64,000 nucleotides of DNA, from positions 11,486 through 75,485 of IMG/VR virus record IMGVR_UViG_3300046533_000687. One strand, written 5' to 3'. The position numbers and the translations under genes are program-made. This DNA comes from a virus. Under the pieces are notes generated by a model that was not told the DNA's origin, did no database searches, and was given only the letters and a program-made list of their open reading frames with translations. Shown here in pieces: positions 9,282 through 18,470 of this stretch (its first letter is position 1; each line of letters starts with the position of its first letter).

Positions 9282-10642
9282 TGGACATCCGCACAATCAC
9301 CGAACTCTCCAAGCTACTCGGCTCTCGACGCCCGAAGAGCGTCTACGAGATTGGCAGCCTGAACATCAACGGCAGCGTCCGGACCCTCTTCCGCGACGCG
9401 AAGGAGTATCACGGCATCGACATCGTCGAAGGCCGGGATGTCGATACAGTCGGCTACGGCTCGACATATGAACCTCCGTTTCGCCCCGACTGCGTCGTAT
9501 GCTGTGAGGTCTTCGAGCATACGCCTGACACTGAGGCGATTGTCAATCAGATGGCGAAGCTCGTCGTCCCTGGTGGCATCGTCCTGATCTCCTGTGCCGG
9601 GACACAGCGTCCGCCGCACAGCGCGGTAGATGGAAAGGATCTGCCGGATGACGAGTACTACGCTGGCATCGACCATCTGGTGCTGACCGAATGGCTGAAG
9701 GCAGCAGGCCTCGTCAACCTCCGGCTGATCATCGGCTGTCTGCCGGATACGACAGACCCGGATACCCAGGGCGTGCACGACATCTACATGATCGGGCAGA
9801 AGCCGATTGGCGCTTTGGCCAATCCGTACGACCCCGTCACGATGGGATCGTCGGCCGCGAATGCACCGCCGGCAGACATCGCCACGCCGAAGCAGCTGAC
9901 GGTCGTCGAGCAAGGCAAGACGACTCTCGAAGAGCTCGCGCAGTCCGTGCTCGATACGCGGGAGAAGTACGGCGAGGTTCTCCAGGCTTACCACGAAGTC
10001 TGGTACAACGCGCCGCATACGTGGAGCTACACGCAGTTCCTGAATATCGGGGTCATGAAGTCGCCTAACGACATGTGGATCTATCAGGACATCATGGTGA
10101 ACCACAAACCGCAGACGGTCATCGAGACCGGGACGTATCAGGGAGGTTCGGCGCTGTGGCTTGCCTCGCTTGCCGACCTGATGGGGATCGACACGAAGAT
10201 CTTCACCATCGACATCAAGGACTTCCGGCGCTGTGCGCATCCACGCATCACGTTCATCCGCGGCGACTCGACAGATCCAGGATTGGCGGCGGACTTGGCC
10301 AAGCAGGTTGAAGGATCGCTGCTGGTGATCCTCGACGCGGATCATTCTGCCGAGCACGTGCGAAAGGAGCTCGAGCTGTACGCGCCGCTCTGCAAGGTCG
10401 GCGACTGGCTCGTCGTCGAAGATACGAACATCGCGTGGCCTGGCGAGCAGGGCGACCGCGGTGCAGCAGGAGGGCTGGCCGACTACCTCGCGCAGCATCC
10501 TGGCGAGTGGCAGCAGGACATCTTGTCCGAGCGGTTCCTGTTGACGATGAATCCCGGCGGGTGGATGCGCCGCGTCGGCGTGTACAGGGAGTTTTACTAC
10601 GAAGGCGAACTACAGAAGCAGCAGCTGGAGAGTGTGAAGTGA
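9278..10642 (+). CDS. Two-domain methyltransferase: N-terminal class I MTase fused to a CmcI / rhamnosyl O-methyltransferase-like domain
   Basis: N-terminal VYEIGSLNINGS, GIDI and CCEVFEH. C-terminal K.P.DMWIYQ, KPQTVIETGTYQGGSA, ILDADHS..HV..ELE.Y and LVVEDT. Confidence 0.85.
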   Translation: MMDIRTITELSKLLGSRRPKSVYEIGSLNINGSVRTLFRDAKEYHGIDIVEGRDVDTVGYGSTYEPPFRPDCVVCCEVFEHTPDTEAIVNQMAKLVVPGGIVLISCAGTQRPPHSAVDGKDLPDDEYYAGIDHLVLTEWLKAAGLVNLRLIIGCLPDTTDPDTQGVHDIYMIGQKPIGALANPYDPVTMGSSAANAPPADIATPKQLTVVEQGKTTLEELAQSVLDTREKYGEVLQAYHEVWYNAPHTWSYTQFLNIGVMKSPNDMWIYQDIMVNHKPQTVIETGTYQGGSALWLASLADLMGIDTKIFTIDIKDFRRCAHPRITFIRGDSTDPGLAADLAKQVEGSLLVILDADHSAEHVRKELELYAPLCKVGDWLVVEDTNIAWPGEQGDRGAAGGLADYLAQHPGEWQQDILSERFLLTMNPGGWMRRVGVYREFYYEGELQKQQLESVK

Positions 10643-11598
10643 AGTGGACAAAAGAAGCGGCCATCGCTCATCGAGAGCGCGTAGACGAACGCGCCAACCG
10701 CAAGGCTGACGTCGAGAAGCGAGATTGGGCGGAACACAAGCACGCGCGAAAGCTGAAACGAACGAAGTCCATGCTCGGCGAAGTCTCGAAGGGCATCTTC
10801 GTCAACCCGGTCAACCCGAAGACTGCCGAGAATCAGGTCCAGGTCCTCCTCGGTACGCCGACACTCGGAACGGTGCGCATCGAATGGCACAACATGATGA
10901 AGGGCATGGTCAGCCCGCCGAACTGGTCGCTGATCACCAGCACGCCGACAGGCTATACGGTGCCAGACGCGCAGAACATGCTGGTCGACACGATGCTGCG
11001 TGGCAACCTGCGGGCCTTGCTGCTCATCGAGGATGATACCTGTCCACCTCCGCACGCCATCCTGACATTCGACCGCTGGTTCTGGAAGATGGAGCGTCGA
11101 CTGGCGCCGCCGGTCGTCAGCGGCCTGTATCACATCAAGGGTAGCGCGGAGGTGCGGAATGGCAAGAAGGGCGGAGTCGAACTGCTTGGTCCTGAACCAC
11201 TTGCATACAGGGGGAGTGGGCAGCGTGCCTATCGTGACTGGAAGATGGGCGATGTCATCTGGGTGTCCGGCGTGCCGACTGGTGCACTCCTTCTCCATCG
11301 CTCGATCCTTGAGGCATGGGCGAAAGAGCCGGACGTCGAAGAGTACGCTGTGCCGGGCTACCCGCACGTCATGAAGCGCATCTTTCAGCAGCCGTCGCAC
11401 GTCTGGGTAGATCCCGAGACGAAGGGCGTGCATGTTGCAAGTGGCACCTCGGACTTGTGGTGGTCGGAGCAGACGATCAAGAGGGGCCTGCTCGAGAAGG
11501 CTGGCTGGAAGAAGTACGCGAAGAAGGAGTTCCCATACATCATCGATACGGGCATGCACTTCAAGCACATCGATCGTGCGACGGGGATGATGTACTGA
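10639..11598 (+). CDS. GT-A fold glycosyltransferase-like protein
   Basis: VLLGTPT, AQN.LV, LLIEDD (DxD-like), VVSGLY, GVPTGALLLHRSI and IIDTG..FKHID. Confidence 0.7.
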   Translation: MKWTKEAAIAHRERVDERANRKADVEKRDWAEHKHARKLKRTKSMLGEVSKGIFVNPVNPKTAENQVQVLLGTPTLGTVRIEWHNMMKGMVSPPNWSLITSTPTGYTVPDAQNMLVDTMLRGNLRALLLIEDDTCPPPHAILTFDRWFWKMERRLAPPVVSGLYHIKGSAEVRNGKKGGVELLGPEPLAYRGSGQRAYRDWKMGDVIWVSGVPTGALLLHRSILEAWAKEPDVEEYAVPGYPHVMKRIFQQPSHVWVDPETKGVHVASGTSDLWWSEQTIKRGLLEKAGWKKYAKKEFPYIIDTGMHFKHIDRATGMMY

Positions 11599-11888
11599 TG
11601 GTCACGACAGTTGCATGCCCTGTCTGTACCAAACCACGCGAGGAAGATTCGCCATGTTGGTGGTGTGAGGATGGCCTTTCGAAGACGAAGCACTCGTGGA
11701 GTTGGAAGGGTTGTGGCGTGTGCCACGGATCTTGCCATGGCGGACATTGCGGAAATGGATGTGAGGCATTCGGTGGATGCCGGAAAACTAGATGCATCTG
11801 CAGTCTGATCGGTCCATGTCGCCCGTGGTGGAAGCCGAGATGGCTAGGTAACTGGATGTTTGGAAGGCGAATTCGGAATGTCTACTGA
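11598..11888 (+). CDS. Cys/Trp-rich small protein
   Basis: TGATG coupling to the GT gene; 13 Cys in 96 aa. Confidence 0.5.
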   Translation: MVTTVACPVCTKPREEDSPCWWCEDGLSKTKHSWSWKGCGVCHGSCHGGHCGNGCEAFGGCRKTRCICSLIGPCRPWWKPRWLGNWMFGRRIRNVY

Positions 11889-12138
11889 CAACATCGGCAT
11901 CGCTGACCTTGTCTTCGTCGAGATGCAAGAATGCGCACCACTCGATACCGTTATTGAAGAACAGGTGCATTCAGTAGACGCCGTGCACCCAAGCAACGTG
12001 CTCGCCGGCACGACGCACCGTGACTGTGGTGGAATCGTGCGCTGGGAATATGAGTCGGACAAGCCTGTCGAGTTCGGGCAGGCGCGGTGTAAGAAGTGCG
12101 GACAGGTGGTGACCGTGCGAGGCGCGCTAGTTGGCTGA
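11878..12138 (+). CDS. Hypothetical Zn-binding protein
   Basis: HRDCGG...CKKC; overlaps both neighbours. Confidence 0.5.
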   Translation: MSTDNIGIADLVFVEMQECAPLDTVIEEQVHSVDAVHPSNVLAGTTHRDCGGIVRWEYESDKPVEFGQARCKKCGQVVTVRGALVG

Positions 12139-14908
12139 TCTCTCAGTAGTCGTCGTCGCCGCGACGCTGGCCCTCTCGGAGACTGTCTCCCCGAGCGGCC
12201 TTGGCAGTCGCACCCGGTTCTACTTCCCGAACAGTGGGACCGCGGCCGTTTCGCCGTCCGCAGGGACAGGCTGGAACGACACGACGCAATTCGATCGAGT
12301 CGCCCTCGCTCGCTCGCACAAGAACGAAACGGCGGTTACGAAGACTGAGATCTTCAACGGGTCAGTCCCGGCGAAGGTGCTCATGCGGCAGTTCGTCTCC
12401 GAGCCTATCTCTGCGCAGGTCATTTCCGGCTCAGTCAAAGGCCAGCTGCAAGGGCTTACGAGTCAGGTCGCGAAGCTGGGCAACGTAGCCGTTGCCATCC
12501 GCATCGTCAAGAACGACGGGACGGATTATAACCCCGTCAAAGACCTGATTCAGACGCCAGCAGCCGGCGATCTGGTCGCCGCTCCTCCGCAGTTTAGCAC
12601 GACGCTCACGAACCGCTCCCTGAACAACATCAGCGAGCAGGTCGGCATCGGTCTGACTCCGCAGACGGCAGTTGCTGGAGACCGGATTGTCATTGAGCTG
12701 GGCGTGCTGGACACGGTTGCCAACGCGTCGAGAACGCTCGGACTCTCGTTCGGCGGGACGACGATCACCGACCTCGCCGAGGACAACACCACCACCACCG
12801 TCAACTATCCGTGGATCGAGTTCAATACTCCGATCCTGATGGATCCGATTGAGCTGCTCAAGCTCTCGGAAACCGTCACGGCAAAGAGGTATGGCGATGC
12901 CACGCCTGCGAATGAAGTCCTCCGACTCTCGGATACGGTCACCGTCACGCGCGATCTTGAGACGGGAGGGTTCGACGAGACCCTGCGGTTATCGGACGTA
13001 GTTTCGTCAGCGCTACAGCTGGCCGTCTCAGTCGGGTCAGAAACCTTACGCATAACTGATACCTCAACTCCTGCGATAGAACTATCGACGTCCCTGACGG
13101 AGACGTTCCACCTTGGTGATGGTGGTGCGGTCAACCAACAAGGTATCGTCCGACTTGAAGGCGTCCTTCGCGTCATAGATGGTCCGCCCGTCGCGGAGCT
13201 AGGCTTCTTCGTCGGTCCGGAGGTTCTTGTCCTCTCGGATACGGTCGCTGCCGCGTTAACGAGCGGCGCTAGTGATCTTAATGCCTCCGGATTTGATGAG
13301 ACGCTCAAGCTCTCCGAAAGCGTTCAGACAACACTCGATCCGCTGCAGGCAAGCCCCTCAGAGATCATTCACGTTTCGGATTCCGTCCAGACGCTGCTAA
13401 ATCCGCTGCAGGCGTCGCAGACGGAAACGCTGAAGCTGACGGATACCGTTCAGGCGCAGCTTGATACGCTACTCGTATCGCTCTCCGAGACGCTCAAACT
13501 TTCTGATGCAGTTTTTGCGTCGACCGACGCACTGAGCGCGTTACTTCAGGAGACGCTGAAGCTCTCAGAAGCGCCACAAGAGACGCTTGACCCGCTGCAG
13601 GCATCGCCGCAGGAGATGCTGAAGCTCTCCGACGTGCTGCAGGCGCAGACGAACCAGCTGAACGCGTCACAAACCGAGACGCTCAAGCTCTCCGAAGCAC
13701 TACAGGCGCAACTCGATACGCTGCTGGCCTCTCTCAGCGAGATGCTGCGTCTATCGGACAGCATCCTGGCGTCACGTGACCTATCAGTTAGCGGCATCGA
13801 CGAGACGCTCAAGCTGACGGATGCAGTCTTCGAGACGCTCGATCCACTACAGGCGTCGCCAAGTGAGACGCTCAAGCTGACAGATACCGTCTTCACCACG
13901 CTTGACCCGCTTCAGACGACGCCAAGCGAGATCGTTCACGTCACCGATACGGTCACGCCTGCACTTGAACTGTCCACGTCGCTTCAAGAGACGCTCAAGC
14001 TTTCCGAGAGCGCCTCGGGTATTACGGATCTCCTTGCGACGCTGAGCGAACTGGTTCACGTCTCAGATGCAGTTACGGCGAAGCGTTACGGCGATGCGAC
14101 TCCGAGTGCGGAAACGGTTCGGATTGCAGATACCGTCACCGCGTCGATGGGCGAGCTTGCCCTGCCTCAAGGTGAGCAGCTCAAGCTCTCGGAAGAGCTG
14201 ATCGTTGTGATGGGGACGGGCGTCTTCCAGGTAGAGACGCTCAGGCTCACGGACACGATTGCCGCTTCCATCGATCCTGAATTCGGCACGGTATCTGAAC
14301 AGCTGAAGCTCTCTGACAGCGTGAACGTCGCGCTAGAACTGTCAGCGTCCCTCACGGAAGCGCTTCGGCTCTCTGAGGCGCCAAGTGAGACGCTCAATCC
14401 AGAGCAGGTCAGCCTTTCAGAGACGCTCAGGATAACTGACACCGTCACAGCGGGCCTGGGTGACATCGCCTCGTCACCGACAGAGCAGCTGAAGCTCAGC
14501 GACGCGCTGACCGTCAGTGTTGACCTTTCGGCGAGTACGTCCGAGACGCTGCGGATCGCCGATGCCATATCTGCTTCGCGTGATCTTGATGTTGCGCTTG
14601 ATGAGGTCTTACACGTCGCGGATACGCTGGATATCATCGAAGACCCAATCGTCATCGAACTTGCAGAAACCCTTCACCTTGACGATCAGGTCGCGGCTGC
14701 ACTCGATCTTTCAGCCGCGCTGCAAGAGAGTCTCAGAATTCATGATACGGCGTCGGGACTCGTCTTTGTCCCACAGATCGTCCGCATCCATGTCGTCGGC
14801 AACTATCGCCCGACGGTCGATGTGGTTGGCAATGTGCGCAAGACGGTGAGCGTGGTCGGTAATGTGCGCAAGACGGTCTCAGTAACCGGAAGCTGGAGTG
14901 ATGCCTGA
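12131..14908 (+). CDS. Long repetitive virion fibre-like protein (about 30 ExLxL[ST][DE] repeats)
   Basis: Globular N-terminal ~235 aa, then repeats about every 20-23 aa (ETLKLSD etc.), then C-terminal VVGNVRKTVS tandem repeats. Confidence 0.75.
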   Translation: MADLSVVVVAATLALSETVSPSGLGSRTRFYFPNSGTAAVSPSAGTGWNDTTQFDRVALARSHKNETAVTKTEIFNGSVPAKVLMRQFVSEPISAQVISGSVKGQLQGLTSQVAKLGNVAVAIRIVKNDGTDYNPVKDLIQTPAAGDLVAAPPQFSTTLTNRSLNNISEQVGIGLTPQTAVAGDRIVIELGVLDTVANASRTLGLSFGGTTITDLAEDNTTTTVNYPWIEFNTPILMDPIELLKLSETVTAKRYGDATPANEVLRLSDTVTVTRDLETGGFDETLRLSDVVSSALQLAVSVGSETLRITDTSTPAIELSTSLTETFHLGDGGAVNQQGIVRLEGVLRVIDGPPVAELGFFVGPEVLVLSDTVAAALTSGASDLNASGFDETLKLSESVQTTLDPLQASPSEIIHVSDSVQTLLNPLQASQTETLKLTDTVQAQLDTLLVSLSETLKLSDAVFASTDALSALLQETLKLSEAPQETLDPLQASPQEMLKLSDVLQAQTNQLNASQTETLKLSEALQAQLDTLLASLSEMLRLSDSILASRDLSVSGIDETLKLTDAVFETLDPLQASPSETLKLTDTVFTTLDPLQTTPSEIVHVTDTVTPALELSTSLQETLKLSESASGITDLLATLSELVHVSDAVTAKRYGDATPSAETVRIADTVTASMGELALPQGEQLKLSEELIVVMGTGVFQVETLRLTDTIAASIDPEFGTVSEQLKLSDSVNVALELSASLTEALRLSEAPSETLNPEQVSLSETLRITDTVTAGLGDIASSPTEQLKLSDALTVSVDLSASTSETLRIADAISASRDLDVALDEVLHVADTLDIIEDPIVIELAETLHLDDQVAAALDLSAALQESLRIHDTASGLVFVPQIVRIHVVGNYRPTVDVVGNVRKTVSVVGNVRKTVSVTGSWSDA

Positions 14909-15282
14909 TGGCCATTGATGGAGCACTTGACGGCCTGTTTATCGGTGGTGACAGTGAGGTCGTCTATACGGATAGCGACCCCGTCCCGCCAGACATGGCC
15001 GCGTGGAACATCGTTCTCGATATCAGAAAGAAGGACACGTCGAATTCTCCTGCGCTCTTGTCGAAGATCGGCGTGGTAAGCGGCGTGTATGCCAACACGC
15101 AGGCGGCGAATCAGCAGAAGGTAACATTCACACTGACGGCGGCAGAGTTAGGATCGACGATCTTCAAGGGTGACGATCCACGGATGCGATATTCGATCAA
15201 GAGGACGAACGCGGGTGCCGAGCAGCCGTTGCGCTACGGTGACTGTACCATCATTCGTGTGACGCAGATCGAGGGAGAGTGA
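14908..15282 (+). CDS. Small beta-rich structural/adaptor protein (BppU-N-like)
   Basis: Pattern FIGGD..., VTFTLTAAE, YSIKRT, L.YG...I; coupled to the fibre gene. Confidence 0.45.
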   Translation: MAIDGALDGLFIGGDSEVVYTDSDPVPPDMAAWNIVLDIRKKDTSNSPALLSKIGVVSGVYANTQAANQQKVTFTLTAAELGSTIFKGDDPRMRYSIKRTNAGAEQPLRYGDCTIIRVTQIEGE

Positions 15283-15283
15283 C

Positions 15284-15892
15284 ATGCCGTTAGTCATCGA
15301 TGCAACTGTTGGGGGAGTCGCTTCAAACAGCTACGAGACGCTGGCAGAAGCGCAGGCGTATTACGAGTCGCGCCTGCCGCTATCCGGGTGGGAAGACGCG
15401 GACAGCCAGGACGTGCTGCTGGTCATGGCCACGCGGCTGCTCGAGAACTTCGCGAACTCGCTGAAGGTCCTCGTGCCGGCACAGAACGGCATCGCGGCCT
15501 ACTACCTCATCGAGCGTCGATGGACCGGGATGCCTGCTACCGCGACGCAGAAGCTCTCGTGGCCGCGCATCGGGATGTACGACGTTAACGGGAACCCGAT
15601 TCCAGAGACCGTCATCCCTCAGGAGCTGAAGGATGCCGAGTCCGAGTTCGCCGGGCAGCTTGGCATAGCAGACCGCACGCTGGACAACGACGTGATCGTG
15701 CAGGGACTGACATCCGTCAAGGCGGGCAGCGTGGCGCTGACGTTCAAGAATCAATTTCAGCCACAGGTCGTGCCTGACGCGGTGCTGAACCTGTTGCTGC
15801 CAGGGTGGCTGACCGACGTGGTCGTCGAACCGGCCGTGCCCGCGCTGTTCGACGTCGTATCTGGTCCACGTCATCATGGAGGCTGGTGGTGA
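15284..15892 (+). CDS. Head-tail adaptor (DnaT-like phage family)
   Basis: SNSYETLAEAQAYY, ATRLLE, TQKLSWPR and IPQELKDAESE. Confidence 0.8.
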   Translation: MPLVIDATVGGVASNSYETLAEAQAYYESRLPLSGWEDADSQDVLLVMATRLLENFANSLKVLVPAQNGIAAYYLIERRWTGMPATATQKLSWPRIGMYDVNGNPIPETVIPQELKDAESEFAGQLGIADRTLDNDVIVQGLTSVKAGSVALTFKNQFQPQVVPDAVLNLLLPGWLTDVVVEPAVPALFDVVSGPRHHGGWW

Positions 15893-16272
15893 GCATCCTT
15901 GATGCGCTGCGCGCAGGCGTGAAGGTCGCAGACAAGGTGACGAAGCCTCTGCAGCCGTCGGTCTCCTTCGAGCGCTACCTGAGCGAGGATGGATTCGGTA
16001 CGCGCACCTATGCATCTGCCGTTCCGCTGAAGGCGATCGTCGAGCATAAGCAGCGAAACGTGAGCACGATGACAGGTGAGCTGGCCGTCAGCCGCGCGTA
16101 TGTCATGTTCCTGGACATCGCCGCGTTGGTGATCGCGACGGCAGGGGACGGCGTGGACGTGAATGATAAGATCACGCTGCCGAATGGCGTGACAGGGCCG
16201 ATCTTGAACTTCGACGGCTTCGTGGATGCCGGAACTGGACAACCACTTGCGACGGAGATATACCTCGGATGA
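15889..16272 (+). CDS. Head closure / head-tail joining protein
   Basis: DGFGTRTY, G.LAVSRA and DKITLPNG; follows the adaptor with GTGA overlap. Confidence 0.7.
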   Translation: MSILDALRAGVKVADKVTKPLQPSVSFERYLSEDGFGTRTYASAVPLKAIVEHKQRNVSTMTGELAVSRAYVMFLDIAALVIATAGDGVDVNDKITLPNGVTGPILNFDGFVDAGTGQPLATEIYLG

Positions 16273-17342
16273 CCTTCATCGATTCCCGTCATAAGCTCTT
16301 CGGCCATCTCGACCGCCTCGTCGGCTGGCAGCACGGAGAGCATCCAGCACCGGTGACGGTCGAGTGGGACCTCTCGAACCGCTGCGCGCTCGGGTGCATG
16401 GACTGTCACTTCGCGCACACGCACACACGCGGACCGTGGGCGAGCAAGCCGCGCACCTTACCGATGGCATACGACTCAGGTGGTGACCTGGCTGACATCG
16501 ACGTCGTGCGACGCGGTCTGGACCAGATGGCGCGCATCGGTGTCAAGGGTATCGTGTGGAGCGGAGGTGGAGAGCCGACGACGCATCCGCGATGGCAGGA
16601 CGTCATCGACTACGCCTCGTCGCTCGGTCTGCAGCAAGGCATGTATACGTTCGGCGGACTGTTTGATGAGAAGTCGGCGACACACCTCGCGAGGCATGCT
16701 GAATGGGTCGTCGTCTCGCTTGACGCACCTGACGAGCATACCTACGCGCACGAGAAGGGCGTGCAGTCGTCACGGTTCTTTGCCGCCTGCGACGGTATCG
16801 GGTGGTTGGCGCAGGTGAAGAAGGCGACCGTCGGCGTCTCGTTCCTCTTGCATGCGGACAACTGGACGCGTGCTGGTGAGATGCTGTCGCTGGCACGAGC
16901 GCTTGGTGCGACCTACATCACCTTCCGCCCAGCCGTTCGTACAACGCCGGATGCACCATCAACGTGTACTGACGACCGCTCGTGGATCACCGCCGCGCTG
17001 CCGAACCTGAAGGACTACGAGAGCGAGCCCGATGTCGAGTGTGACGTCGATCGGTTCCTGCAGTATCGAGATTGGACGACGCGGTCCTATTCGACGTGCC
17101 ACGGCGTGAAGTTGACGACGACGATCACACCCGACGGTCGTCTATGGATGTGTCCGCAGCACCGTGGCGTGCCTGGAAGCTGTCTTGGCGACCTCAAGAC
17201 CGAGTCGTTCAAGGACATCTGGTATAGGCATGGTGGTACCTATACACAGTTTGACAACTGCCGCGTCATGTGCCGCTTGCATCTGATGAACGAGACGCTT
17301 GCACAAGTCTACGCGCAGCACGAGCATGGAGCATTTCTGTGA
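16269..17342 (+). CDS. Radical SAM enzyme with SPASM/twitch domain
   Basis: CALGCMDC (CxxxCxxC), SGGGEPT and VSLDA; C-terminal C...ITPDGRLWMC...LGDLKTESFKDIW...CRVMC. Confidence 0.9.
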   Translation: MTFIDSRHKLFGHLDRLVGWQHGEHPAPVTVEWDLSNRCALGCMDCHFAHTHTRGPWASKPRTLPMAYDSGGDLADIDVVRRGLDQMARIGVKGIVWSGGGEPTTHPRWQDVIDYASSLGLQQGMYTFGGLFDEKSATHLARHAEWVVVSLDAPDEHTYAHEKGVQSSRFFAACDGIGWLAQVKKATVGVSFLLHADNWTRAGEMLSLARALGATYITFRPAVRTTPDAPSTCTDDRSWITAALPNLKDYESEPDVECDVDRFLQYRDWTTRSYSTCHGVKLTTTITPDGRLWMCPQHRGVPGSCLGDLKTESFKDIWYRHGGTYTQFDNCRVMCRLHLMNETLAQVYAQHEHGAFL

Positions 17343-17968
17343 TCAACGTCTGTATCACCGTGTTCAACCGTTACGACCTGCTTGCCCGTCTCTTCGCGTC
17401 GCTTGGTGCTAGCACGGTGCAGCCTGACGAGGTCTACGTCATCGATCGCGGAAATGATCCCGTCCGACTGAAGCATGCCGCCAACGGACGCCCGTTCATC
17501 ACGGTGCCGCTCGAAGGGCAGAGCCTCCCGGCAGCGTGGAATTGGTTCATGTCGAACGTCGAGGAGGAGCGCGTCATCGTAAGCGATGACATCGAGTTCT
17601 TCCCTGAGACGTTGGAAACCTTCTTGAAGACGCCAGGTGACCTTGTCGGACTGGAGGATGGCAAGTCGAGTCACTTTGCCTGCTTCGCGCCGCGCAACAG
17701 CTGTATCAAGAAGGTCGGGTTCTTCGACGAGTCGCTGTCACCCGACTACATGTATTTTGAGGATAGCGACTATGGCCGACGCATGCTCCTGTTAGGCATA
17801 CCGATCGTCGGCATCTCGTGCATGCATCACGGCTTGGCGCAGTCGTGGGAGAAGAAGACGGAAGCGCAACGCAGCGATCACCATCGGCGGTTCATGATCG
17901 CGCAGGACAACTATATCAAGAAGTGGGGCGGCATCCCTGGGAAAGAGAAGAAGCATGCAGATCGGTAA
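17339..17968 (+). CDS. Glycosyltransferase family 2
   Basis: VCITVFNRYDLL, VYVIDRG, IVSDDI and VGFFDE....YFEDSDY. Confidence 0.88.
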   Translation: MINVCITVFNRYDLLARLFASLGASTVQPDEVYVIDRGNDPVRLKHAANGRPFITVPLEGQSLPAAWNWFMSNVEEERVIVSDDIEFFPETLETFLKTPGDLVGLEDGKSSHFACFAPRNSCIKKVGFFDESLSPDYMYFEDSDYGRRMLLLGIPIVGISCMHHGLAQSWEKKTEAQRSDHHRRFMIAQDNYIKKWGGIPGKEKKHADR

Positions 17969-18470
17969 CCTCTATCATCATCGCGTACTTGGAATGCTGG
18001 CGACGCGGACGCAGAGCTACCTGGAGATCGGCGTACAGGAGGGTGATTCGCTAGCAGCTGTCGTCGCGGCGAACAGGGAGATCGACGTCACACTCTGCGA
18101 TCCATGGGATGCTAATCACGGCGGCACGAACCGTGGCTCACACCACCACATTCAGGAGCGCTTGAACACGCTCGCGCATCGGGGTAAGCGCTGCTACCTC
18201 GACGGGTTCTCGTCTGTGGAGATCCCGAAGATCGACTGTCAGCACTTTGACCTCATTCACGTTGACGGCGATCACTCCTATGAGGGCTGTAAGAATGACC
18301 TCAAGATGTGCTGGCCGATGACGTTACGCTACCTCGTGGTTCACGACGTGTTCTTCCAGGAAGTACGTGACGCGGCGTTTCAGTTTCTCGAGTGGCACCA
18401 CGCGGAGTTCGGTGAGGTATCATTCTCTGCATCAGACCACGGGACTCTGGTGATCGAGAGGGAGCGATGA
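17955..18470 (+). CDS. Class I SAM-dependent (O-)methyltransferase, Methyltransf_24-like
   Basis: YLEIGVQEGDS, FDLIHVDGDHSYE and LVVHD. Confidence 0.85.
   Translation: MQIGNLYHHRVLGMLATRTQSYLEIGVQEGDSLAAVVAANREIDVTLCDPWDANHGGTNRGSHHHIQERLNTLAHRGKRCYLDGFSSVEIPKIDCQHFDLIHVDGDHSYEGCKNDLKMCWPMTLRYLVVHDVFFQEVRDAAFQFLEWHHAEFGEVSFSASDHGTLVIERER

Noticed and set aside
9314-11568. Long antisense ORFs (9314-10498, 10597-11568; likewise 29936-30904, 45786-46940, 56403-57500, 58845-59879)
   Set aside because: These are shadow frames expected from GC3-rich codon usage opposite well-supported genes, with no recognisable motifs.
11712-11726. CxxCH haem-binding motif (CGVCH)
   Set aside because: Single motif in a Cys-rich protein with no export signal; a cytochrome c is unlikely.
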